This document shows positions 55,933-64,000 of a DNA stretch of 64,000 bases, piece by piece (position 1 is the first letter of the stretch; the number at the start of each line of letters is the position of its first letter). The stretch lies in IMG/VR virus record IMGVR_UViG_3300044712_000568, positions 38,155 through 102,154 of that record; one strand, given 5' to 3'. The position numbers and the translations under genes were made by a program. Under the pieces are notes generated by a model. The model did no database searches. It saw nothing but the letters and a program-made list of their open reading frames with translations, and was not told the origin of the DNA. This stretch comes from a virus. Taxonomy: Duplodnaviria > Heunggongvirae > Uroviricota > Caudoviricetes.

Positions 55933-56924
55933 TAATTTTCCTTAATGCTAAAATCAATAACTTTAGCATCTCCTACCATAGTATCATTACTATCAGTAGC
56001 TAACCGACTTAATTTTATCCAAAGTGGTTGATTTGCAGTTAGTTCGGTAGATGTGGGAGTGAATGATAAAGTACTAATAACTAATTGATTAGTTGTTCCT
56101 GGTGGACCTACTAATACAAAATCTCTAGCTGTTGGAAAAGGCGTACTATCTATAGTAGTTCCTGATGATTTACTTAACATTTGTATTTGCCAGCGCACTC
56201 CGCCAGTAATGGCTGCAGCATACCAACGTAAAGTAAATATGATAGGAGATCCAGAGTAGCCCTGAGTTAATTGTGCTGGAATCATCCATTGTGTACTATT
56301 TACAATAGTATCATTGAACCCTAATTCATCATAATTTAAGTTAGTTCCATTAATAGTTTGTGCATATGGTTCGGAAGATAGGCCAAATAATAAGGCTGAA
56401 GTTGGTGTTAGAGCGGCTGAGAATTTTCCAACATTGCTACTGCCAATATCATCCCAACTTATTCCATTGCTTCTTTGTAATAGTTTTAGTTCATTATCAA
56501 AATAAATATATCCTAAATTAGAAGCATCTGCTATCGGTCTATTCGCAGTTGTTCCTATACCATGTATGTTATTCCAAGGAAAAGCATCTGAGCCAGCTGG
56601 TAAATGAGTCACTTCGTGAGGTTGTGTACCAGCTCCTTCCAAAGTTGTTACTCTATCTGTAGTAGATATTAAATCCGATGAAAGAGTAGTTATATTACTA
56701 CTATGTTGTTCAACAATAGGAGATAGCGTATTTATAGAAGTAGTATGTTGGCCAACTGTTGTTGCCATAGCAGCTATATTACCTTCTAGCGAGTTAGTTT
56801 GACCAGTTAGAACAGTTACATCTGTTTGAACAGAAGCCACAGTTAAAGATAAAGTATCCCAGTTTCCATCCATTTCTTCAAAGGAGAGAGGAGTACCTTT
56901 TGGTATTCTTTTAACAACAACCAT
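55932..56924 (-). CDS. fibre-like structural protein (N-terminal anchor, coiled coil, C-terminal beta-sandwich)
   Basis: RIPKGTPLSFEEMDGNW; heptads; H..TH..GSD motif. Confidence 0.65.
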   Translation of the reverse strand: MVVVKRIPKGTPLSFEEMDGNWDTLSLTVASVQTDVTVLTGQTNSLEGNIAAMATTVGQHTTSINTLSPIVEQHSSNITTLSSDLISTTDRVTTLEGAGTQPHEVTHLPAGSDAFPWNNIHGIGTTANRPIADASNLGYIYFDNELKLLQRSNGISWDDIGSSNVGKFSAALTPTSALLFGLSSEPYAQTINGTNLNYDELGFNDTIVNSTQWMIPAQLTQGYSGSPIIFTLRWYAAAITGGVRWQIQMLSKSSGTTIDSTPFPTARDFVLVGPPGTTNQLVISTLSFTPTSTELTANQPLWIKLSRLATDSNDTMVGDAKVIDFSIKEN

Positions 56925-56926
56925 AA

Positions 56927-57265
56927 TTATCTCTTAATGAAAATGGGAGGATGAATTCGAGCGGAGGTCCAAACTTGTGCGGATGCTCCTAAAGAGGTTT
57001 TATAAATTGGAGGGTATGTAGATAAAATATCTTTTAACCATTGAATTTTTCTTAATGACGGATTAGTTGGAAGTGGAATTAACTGATTTCTTTTGTAGGC
57101 TTTTGGTTGAAATGCGTAATTTAATTTAGTAATACGACTACCAAGTTTCTTTAATCCTAATAAAGCTATTGGTACAGATATACTAATAGCTGAAGTTGGT
57201 ATAGTATTCCAAGAAACTACTTTATCAGTCTTAGTAGGATTTGTATAATTTTTAGTAACAGCCAT
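56927..57265 (-). CDS. hypothetical basic protein
   Basis: 112-aa ORF coupled in the late operon. Confidence 0.5.
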   Translation of the reverse strand: MAVTKNYTNPTKTDKVVSWNTIPTSAISISVPIALLGLKKLGSRITKLNYAFQPKAYKRNQLIPLPTNPSLRKIQWLKDILSTYPPIYKTSLGASAQVWTSARIHPPIFIKR

Positions 57266-58863
57266 TAGTTAGGTCTCACATAGCCACAATGTAATAATCC
57301 AGCATTTATTTTAACAAACCATAAAGTAAGATATGTTGATGTTCCAGATACATGCGTAGTCTGAGTAGATCCGTATTTTCCTCTAGTTACTCCGGTAAAT
57401 GATGTACCAGTTTTTCCAGTATATTCAAATAATTCGGAATCTATAATGAATCCTCCAGAAGCTGGGAAAGAAGAAGTATCCGAAACGTTAATTGTTGTAT
57501 ATGCAGTAGTCGAATCTAACACATCAGTTAAAGAACAATAAGATGTAATACTCTTAGAATAATGGGTAGATTCACTAGTAGATGCAGCGGTAGTTGTCCA
57601 AATATACACATCGTCAAATACTAATCTTGGTAAAATAGTATGACCATAAGTATATGCGCCAGGATGCTTTGTTGTGGTTCCCGCAACTAATACTAAGGAA
57701 GATATGTCAGGGTATCCAAAAACATGGCCATAAGTTGCTGCCAAATCTCCTTCAACTCCTAAAGCTCTAAGTACGGGTGATGCTAAGGCATATCCGTTAA
57801 GATCAGCATTATATGCCCAAGCAACATTATCTTGAATAAATACTGGATCAAATCCATATCCTCTCCAGCGCCCATTCCAAACACAGGTACAAGGTTGTGG
57901 ATCATACCCATCATTCATTGCAGTAATAGCAGTATATCCAGGTTTTGAATCTAAGGTATAAGAAGTATATGACCAATAGTGAGATAAATATGCTCTTGTT
58001 CCAGAAGCAGTTGCAGCAGAAATATCTGCCACTGCTAATTCAATGGGCGCTAATGCGCTATTTGGCAATTGACTAACAGCCTCACTGTTAGAAGCCCAAG
58101 AAGCTACTATAGGGCCATAAAAATTAGTTGTAGTTTTTGTAGCTAACACTATACTTCTAGTATGTATGGCAAGATAATAAATAAATCCAGATACTAAATC
58201 CGTTGTAACAGAAGTTCCTACAAAGCTACTAATCAAAGGAGTAGTATCAGAAGCTACACCGCCAGCAAATAATCCATATGGTGTCATATCACCAGAAGCT
58301 ACTCTGTCTGCTACATGTATTATAGTGCCATTAGCATTTCCAGAAGTTACTGTAGCTGTTGGTGTACTTGCAACTTTTGCTTTTAGATTTACTAAACAGT
58401 TTCCATTAGCTCCAACAGTAAATGTAAATTTTTGAGCTTCTGCATTAGCAGAAGCATTTAAAAAGTTAGTAAATTCTGTAGCATTTTGTAACGCCGTATT
58501 ACCAGCGGATGAAGTCGTATAACTTAAAGTTTGTCCATTTAGAATAAGACTAAATGTTTTAATACCAGTCATACTAGCAGCTAAATAAAATATTTCTTCT
58601 TGTGGAAAATAGGTATTAGATATTAACTGATTTGCAAATGAAATGCTATTTCCAGTAACTTTTATTCTTAATACTTCTTTACCAATGCTATTACCAATAG
58701 TTTCAGTAACTGGCGGCTGAATATATAGAATATTATTTACAGTATCATCTACAAGAATCTGCCAACCTCTAGCAGATACGCGTGTTTTAATTTCATTTTT
58801 AACATCTGCAATTGATGCTCCAATATCGATTAGAAATGAATCATACCCTAATAGTGTTGACAT
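57265..58863 (-). CDS. hypothetical virion structural protein
   Basis: C-terminal TINVSDTSSFP..G...IDSE...YTGKT...FTGVTRG..G.....H motif common in baseplate/tail proteins. Confidence 0.6.
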   Translation of the reverse strand: MSTLLGYDSFLIDIGASIADVKNEIKTRVSARGWQILVDDTVNNILYIQPPVTETIGNSIGKEVLRIKVTGNSISFANQLISNTYFPQEEIFYLAASMTGIKTFSLILNGQTLSYTTSSAGNTALQNATEFTNFLNASANAEAQKFTFTVGANGNCLVNLKAKVASTPTATVTSGNANGTIIHVADRVASGDMTPYGLFAGGVASDTTPLISSFVGTSVTTDLVSGFIYYLAIHTRSIVLATKTTTNFYGPIVASWASNSEAVSQLPNSALAPIELAVADISAATASGTRAYLSHYWSYTSYTLDSKPGYTAITAMNDGYDPQPCTCVWNGRWRGYGFDPVFIQDNVAWAYNADLNGYALASPVLRALGVEGDLAATYGHVFGYPDISSLVLVAGTTTKHPGAYTYGHTILPRLVFDDVYIWTTTAASTSESTHYSKSITSYCSLTDVLDSTTAYTTINVSDTSSFPASGGFIIDSELFEYTGKTGTSFTGVTRGKYGSTQTTHVSGTSTYLTLWFVKINAGLLHCGYVRPN

Positions 58864-58872
58864 TTATCCCTC

Positions 58873-59736
58873 TTAAAATGGTTCCATTGTTACTACAACT
58901 GAAAAAGTGCCTACGGTTGAGCCAGTATTTGTTAAACGTATTTTAAATGTACCAGCTTGTTCAAAATCTCTATAATACCAAGCCTGCGCTGTATCTGATA
59001 GAAGAGCGGGAGTAAATGCAGATTGATACATTAAGGTGTTAAATAAACCAGATGTTTTATTTCCAAAAAATTCTACCTTTAATCCACCAGCTACTGGAAT
59101 ACCTGAAGTTACTACGCTCACACCATAAAATCTTGTATATGAAATAGGTAATTCTAAATTAACTACATCAGATGCATTTAATACTTGACTATTAATATTA
59201 ATAGTAACAGTATTTGGAGAAGCGGCAGAAGAAATATTAGTTACTGTACCAAAAGAATCTTTTAACTTTAATTTGTTTGTAGCAGAATCTAAAAATAAAG
59301 TGAATCCGCTAGGTGGAGTAGAAGGTTCTGTTGTACTATTTAAAAATAATGTACCAGAACTAAGAGATAGGTTTGTAAAACTTTTATTTCCAGTTATAGT
59401 TTGTTGTGTATCCGTAGTTACAAAAGAACTAAGGTCTGACATTTTGGCATAATTTTGTCCAACCACATATGCCGTAGTGGCAAGTTTTGTAGAACTATCT
59501 GATAAAATTGGAGTTGGAGCAATTGGAGAATCTGTAAAAGATCCACCAGACTTAGTAACATAAAGAGAATCTGTTTCTAACTTAGTATAAAATTGTAGGC
59601 TTATAGAACTAGATAATCCACTTACGGTTCCACTTAATGTATTAACCGCATTAGCTAAATCTTGAAAATTATTATCCATTTCCAAATAAGTTAATGGATC
59701 TGGTTTAGGAATTCTTAGAGTTGGATTAACAGTCAT
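58873..59736 (-). CDS. short fibre-like structural protein
   Basis: RIPKPDPLTYLEMDNNF anchor; PTP...STKLATTAYV; QTITGNKSF. Confidence 0.7.
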   Translation of the reverse strand: MTVNPTLRIPKPDPLTYLEMDNNFQDLANAVNTLSGTVSGLSSSISLQFYTKLETDSLYVTKSGGSFTDSPIAPTPILSDSSTKLATTAYVVGQNYAKMSDLSSFVTTDTQQTITGNKSFTNLSLSSGTLFLNSTTEPSTPPSGFTLFLDSATNKLKLKDSFGTVTNISSAASPNTVTININSQVLNASDVVNLELPISYTRFYGVSVVTSGIPVAGGLKVEFFGNKTSGLFNTLMYQSAFTPALLSDTAQAWYYRDFEQAGTFKIRLTNTGSTVGTFSVVVTMEPF

Positions 59737-62111
59737 TAGTAAGTTCCAATAATATAATCAGTATTTACATACTGTGGATATACATAACCAGATACTGTAG
59801 ATAGTATTTGATAGTCAAAATCTAGTACAAGAGGAATTTCAGTTTGTGTCTCTAGTGTATAATTATTTAATGTTACTGTTTCAACAGCACTAAGAAGTAA
59901 TTTCATTCTATTATATTTAGTGCATGCTCTAAGATAATCTCGTAATATCCAACCAGAAATTTCAGCAGCATTTGATGCTACAGCTACATCATATAGGACC
60001 CAATCAAAAGTTCTATTATCAACATAGTTGATTAAATCTGTAATACCTTTAAATATAGCTACGGTTTCACTTTGAGTAGTAGTCAGATATAATTGATCTG
60101 TGTTAGGAGTGATTAAATCATAAACATTATTCTTATTGTATAGTACGGGTGTTCCAGAATTGCCATGAGTATAATTTTTATAGAATTTAGATTTGATAGT
60201 TTTTGATAAAGTTGATAAAAGATTGGTAGTTACTTTAGGAGAAATTGCTAAAGTTCTAACAGGCATACCAAAAGAATTTTTTGAAATTTTATAATTAGTT
60301 ACCAACTCTATTTTTAATCCGCAACTCACAGCAATATTAACTTCCGGAATTACTTGAAAATCTCTAACACTAGTTGAAAATAAATCTTTGCGTAATGCTT
60401 TAGTTCCATTGATGGGTGACATAAAATCATCTGTTGTAGAAACTAAATCAAATGTCATATGTCCTAAATCAGTATTTAAAATTCCAGTGTAATAGTTATT
60501 ACTGGTTGATTTTAATATACCAAAGCCGCGCAATCCACTGATATAACTAGTAGATCCTATGACAGAAAATTTATATTCGGGTGTAATGCGAGTATTCTTT
60601 TCATTTATTGTATCTTGTGCTTCTAACCATTTAGCCCATAAACCCTTATAGAATCTCCAAATAGTTTCGCGTTCTGTAATAAAAATTACATCATTGTAAG
60701 TAGATAATCCAGTAAATCTGTTTGCTTCAATTCCGATAGTAGTACTTAAAGTATTATCTTTAGTAATTACAATTCCTCTTTGTATTTCACTTGCCTCAGT
60801 TGCTACGTGGTTTGTAACAGTAATTTTTAAAAGGTCTATGCAAAATTTACTAAATGTGTCTGAGAATACTGACACTGCTGTTACTATACCAGAGGTAGAT
60901 GTATTAATACTTTGACTAGATTGAATTTGAACACTTTTAACTACATCAACTAAATTGACTGTAGTTGGCAAAGTTACTTGATTCCATACTGGCGCATTTA
61001 AATATGATGGATAAGTTGGTTCCAATTCTTCTCTATAGAGATTATAGATTGGATCCAGTGTAAATTTAGGTGCTTCCGGTAATAGATATTTTGTTAAACA
61101 CTTAGCGTCATTGTCAATATCGACACCAACTTGAGTATGTCCTTTAACGAATACTACAAGAGGAATTCCAGCTGAAATTGGATTATTAACAATTCCTAAA
61201 ATATATACCGGTTCATATTTACCTGGAAAATAAGCATAGATAAGTCCATCAGAAGATATCTGATATTTATATGCTTTATGGTCAGGATCTTCTTGATATA
61301 AATAACGTTTTCCGTCTGACTCAACATCTTCATATGGAACTGGAATTAAACCATCTAATGCTGGAACGGCTTGTTTATTAATCCAAGATTCCTTAAATAA
61401 AAATTTACCTGATAACTTATCTGTCGCATAAGTCAGACTGGAAGGATCTAAAGTATCTGTAGTTTTTTCTAAGTTGCTTTCAGAGATCCATGAAGCGTCT
61501 CCTACTGTATAAGATTTTAGGCCTTCTCTTAAAGTACCGATCCAAATTTTTAATTTGCCTGTATTACTTACAGTTTGAGCATTTTGAATGCCAACTGAAG
61601 TAACTTCAGCTGGATATAATAAACCATTAGATGGAATATTTGTAATTGTATTACCACCATCCATACTAAAAGATAAACCATCTGTATCTCTATAAACTAA
61701 AACTTTTAATTTATCATTAATATCAGTTGTATAGAACACTTCTAAATGATCTTGTTTAGAAGTTTGCGGTGTCTTTTTTAATGTGTTAGAAATAGTATGA
61801 CAACTTCCAGTAATACCGCCAAATTCTGCTGACGGACCTACTGGTTTTACATATATATCAGATAGAATGCCAGTATTTATGTAGTCAGATACAGTAGGTT
61901 CATTATAGAATGGAGATAACTTATCTGTTACTACTACATCATTATAAAATAAAATTTCATCGGATTCTACTTGAGAAACGATATCACGTTGCTCAAGATT
62001 GGATAGGCCAGCATTATAAAATTGCAACATAAGACTACTATCAGTAATATTTGCTAATAGTCTAGTATTGATAAAATTGTTTTGAACTTCTGGCGCAGTG
62101 AATTCAGACAT
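59736..62111 (-). CDS. hypothetical large structural protein (possible baseplate component, beta-propeller-like segments)
   Basis: 791 aa; FSMDGGNT (BNR-like) and IWIGT...GL motifs; late context. Confidence 0.55.
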   Translation of the reverse strand: MSEFTAPEVQNNFINTRLLANITDSSLMLQFYNAGLSNLEQRDIVSQVESDEILFYNDVVVTDKLSPFYNEPTVSDYINTGILSDIYVKPVGPSAEFGGITGSCHTISNTLKKTPQTSKQDHLEVFYTTDINDKLKVLVYRDTDGLSFSMDGGNTITNIPSNGLLYPAEVTSVGIQNAQTVSNTGKLKIWIGTLREGLKSYTVGDASWISESNLEKTTDTLDPSSLTYATDKLSGKFLFKESWINKQAVPALDGLIPVPYEDVESDGKRYLYQEDPDHKAYKYQISSDGLIYAYFPGKYEPVYILGIVNNPISAGIPLVVFVKGHTQVGVDIDNDAKCLTKYLLPEAPKFTLDPIYNLYREELEPTYPSYLNAPVWNQVTLPTTVNLVDVVKSVQIQSSQSINTSTSGIVTAVSVFSDTFSKFCIDLLKITVTNHVATEASEIQRGIVITKDNTLSTTIGIEANRFTGLSTYNDVIFITERETIWRFYKGLWAKWLEAQDTINEKNTRITPEYKFSVIGSTSYISGLRGFGILKSTSNNYYTGILNTDLGHMTFDLVSTTDDFMSPINGTKALRKDLFSTSVRDFQVIPEVNIAVSCGLKIELVTNYKISKNSFGMPVRTLAISPKVTTNLLSTLSKTIKSKFYKNYTHGNSGTPVLYNKNNVYDLITPNTDQLYLTTTQSETVAIFKGITDLINYVDNRTFDWVLYDVAVASNAAEISGWILRDYLRACTKYNRMKLLLSAVETVTLNNYTLETQTEIPLVLDFDYQILSTVSGYVYPQYVNTDYIIGTY

Positions 62112-62126
62112 CCGCTATTTCCTTAG

Positions 62127-63035
62127 CTACAAATTAATTAGGTTTTGTAGGATTGGTACAAGATCCTCATTAAGTTTATGAGAATCTCCGGCATGCGCTT
62201 TTTCGATATGACAAGTTGAACATAATGTTATTAAATTAGATAAATTAGCATGATCTTTTATTTGTCTTGAAATAGGAATAATGTGATGTACTTGTAGCGG
62301 ATTTTCGACTGTATTTTTATTTCCGCAAAGTTTACATTTATAATTATCTCTGTGTAATATTTTTTTATTTACTCCTGAGGCAGTTGCTGTAGCCCTATGT
62401 AATTTAATAATTGGAGTTATATATTCATTTGCTGAATACCCTTTACTGATTCGATATTCAGCATAAGTTTCGTTTATTCTTTGTTTCTTATAGCACCCAC
62501 AACTTGTTGTATCTCCTCCAAGTAGTGCTGTTGTTAACACATATTTTTCAGTTCCGCAATCACATATAACTTTTACATAAGATCGATTGCATCTACCCAT
62601 TTTTTTATAATAGAAATCGTTTTGTGCTATAAGTTTTCCAAACCGTTCTCCTACTATATCTCGTTTAAGTGTGCATCTAATACTACCACAATTTACAATT
62701 CTGCCAGTTCTAAGACGTACAGAATTAGCTTCTATTTCATTACCACAAATACATTTACATTTATATGCAGTTTTTCCAGGAAGATACTCTAGTACTGTAA
62801 GTTTTCCAAAAATAGTATTAGGTAAGATTTCATATTGTTTTTGAAATCCTTCTTTACAACCGCATGAAGTAATTTTACTATTTAAAATATCATATTTATT
62901 AATAAGTTTAGTATTACCACATTCACATTGGCATAATGAGAAAGGAATTGATTTTCTGAAATCTTTATTTGAGGCAATAATCGTAAGATTTCCAAAAACT
63001 TGGCCATCAATGTTAAGATCCTTTTTTGTACCCAT
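62127..63035 (-). CDS. HNH homing endonuclease with three Cys-rich repeats
   Basis: 3x G..FG.L...CxCxCG...SCG-type repeats; RDNYKCKLCG...VHHI...NLITLCSTCH. Confidence 0.88.
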   Translation of the reverse strand: MGTKKDLNIDGQVFGNLTIIASNKDFRKSIPFSLCQCECGNTKLINKYDILNSKITSCGCKEGFQKQYEILPNTIFGKLTVLEYLPGKTAYKCKCICGNEIEANSVRLRTGRIVNCGSIRCTLKRDIVGERFGKLIAQNDFYYKKMGRCNRSYVKVICDCGTEKYVLTTALLGGDTTSCGCYKKQRINETYAEYRISKGYSANEYITPIIKLHRATATASGVNKKILHRDNYKCKLCGNKNTVENPLQVHHIIPISRQIKDHANLSNLITLCSTCHIEKAHAGDSHKLNEDLVPILQNLINL

Positions 63036-63038
63036 ATA

Positions 63039-63070
63039 AAAACTCCTACATTTAATTCTGTAGGAGTTTT
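63039..63070 (-). promoter_or_regulatory. RBS-sequestering hairpin with the late-promoter box in its loop
   Basis: AAAACTCCTACA-N8-TGTAGGAGTTTT perfect 12-bp stem; AATTAAAT at 63050-63057. Confidence 0.75.
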
Positions 63071-63098
63071 AGAAAAAAATTGTATATGTGATAAATAA

Positions 63099-63854
63099 TC
63101 AAGAAAGAAAAAATTGAACATGGGATTTATGATCGTATAATTCCTCTTTCAACTTATCAACTTCTTCTTTAGATTCAGATACCAATTCTTGTGCATTTAG
63201 TGTTTGACTCTCACCGCCAGGACCACCCGATACCTGAGAGTATTTGCCTCTCACTTTACCAAGCATTCCTTTAGCATTGGCTAAAGCCATCTTACGAATC
63301 CAGTTAATGCCCCAAGCATTTGATGTAGAGATTGCTTTGTTGTCTCTATCTACAATTCCAAAAGCATTTTTTGAATATTCAATTAGTAAGTGAGAAGCAT
63401 ATTTTGGAAATGGCCATACGTAAAGTTTATCATCAACTACTTTAAAAGTAATTTGATTACCAATTACTCTGTCTCTATTCTGAAGATATTCATAAAAGAT
63501 TGCAAGATTACTAGAAGCATGCAAATAGCTAGAATACTGAGGACCGATAGGAGATGCAGCCACCGCGAAACTGAAGATATCATCGGCTCCTCCTGCAGCA
63601 GCCTGGAATGGAGTATTAAAAATTACACCTTTAACCGTAGCAACATCCTGAGGAAGAACGAATACATTATTAGTAGGATCCCCTATAGGCAATTCAGCAT
63701 AAGCAATTTCCACAGCTCCAGTAGATAGGTATTCATTAATGGCAGTATCTATAGCCTGTTGAAGCTGTTCTGGAGCTAATTCAACAGATACTACAGGATG
63801 TCCTAACGAGGTTAAGACATATCTGTTAATTTCTTCTCTGGTAATCATTGCCAT
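63099..63854 (-). CDS. neck / head-tail adaptor protein (T4 gp13-like)
   Basis: LGHPVVSVEL..EQL..AID; WIRKMALANAK...G..RGKY...LN. Confidence 0.82.
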   Translation of the reverse strand: MAMITREEINRYVLTSLGHPVVSVELAPEQLQQAIDTAINEYLSTGAVEIAYAELPIGDPTNNVFVLPQDVATVKGVIFNTPFQAAAGGADDIFSFAVAASPIGPQYSSYLHASSNLAIFYEYLQNRDRVIGNQITFKVVDDKLYVWPFPKYASHLLIEYSKNAFGIVDRDNKAISTSNAWGINWIRKMALANAKGMLGKVRGKYSQVSGGPGGESQTLNAQELVSESKEEVDKLKEELYDHKSHVQFFLS

Positions 63855-63856
63855 AA

Positions 63857-64000
63857 TTATTTGCTCACTGTGTTAATAATTAGATTGTCTAATACCAAAA
63901 TTTCATATGGTTTTAACTGTTTTGTTACTGAAGCCATTCCTGTTATAGTATTTCCAAGTGCTGGAAAACTAGTAGAAGTATCAGCAAAAGAAGGAATATC
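63857..64000 (-). CDS. partial CDS (3' end), probable structural/baseplate protein
   Basis: open frame from the window edge: DIPSFADTSTSFPALG...YEILVLDNLIINTVSK*. Confidence 0.5.
   Translation of the reverse strand, partial: DIPSFADTSTSFPALGNTITGMASVTKQLKPYEILVLDNLIINTVSK

Noticed and set aside
1-64000. tRNA genes or alternative genetic code
   Set aside because: No cloverleaf seen in the few intergenic gaps; genes are intact and densely packed under the standard code, with TAA, TAG and TGA all used as stops.

Overview
This 64 kb window is part of a large, AT-rich, lytic tailed-phage genome, probably a jumbo myovirus-type, with two convergent halves meeting at back-to-back terminators near 32.2-32.3 kb. 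The plus-strand half (1-32.2 kb) is an early/replication region. It encodes a MoxR AAA+ ATPase with its VWA/HExxH partner, a RuvB-like ATPase, HU, a ClpP-like protease, an XRE-type regulator, a metallophosphoesterase, UvsW-like and DnaB-like helicases, a nucleotidyltransferase, an ATP-dependent DNA ligase, a family A DNA polymerase split into two genes around an unrelated ORF, a GP88-like protein, a sigma-28-like sigma factor and a methyltransferase. Scattered and tandemly arrayed among these are about 22 small paralogous ORFs. They share an N-terminal '(I/L)L(H/Y)IP(T/S)G' motif, often an internal 'FxSxxxA' helix start, and a C-terminal 'EF(E)(V/I)(V/I)' strand around hypervariable middles; this family is the most striking unexplained signal. 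The minus-strand half (32.3-64 kb) is a late/virion region with neck proteins, an HNH endonuclease, LamG/NHL and Ig-domain proteins, two S74-chaperone tail fibres each paired with a small adhesin-like protein, and YkgJ, hemerythrin and peptidase genes. A recurrent AATTAA(G/A)T box just upstream of late-gene RBSs looks like the late promoter. I found no tRNA, rRNA, CRISPR array, integrase or reverse transcriptase. All calls come from motif recognition by eye; no searches were run.
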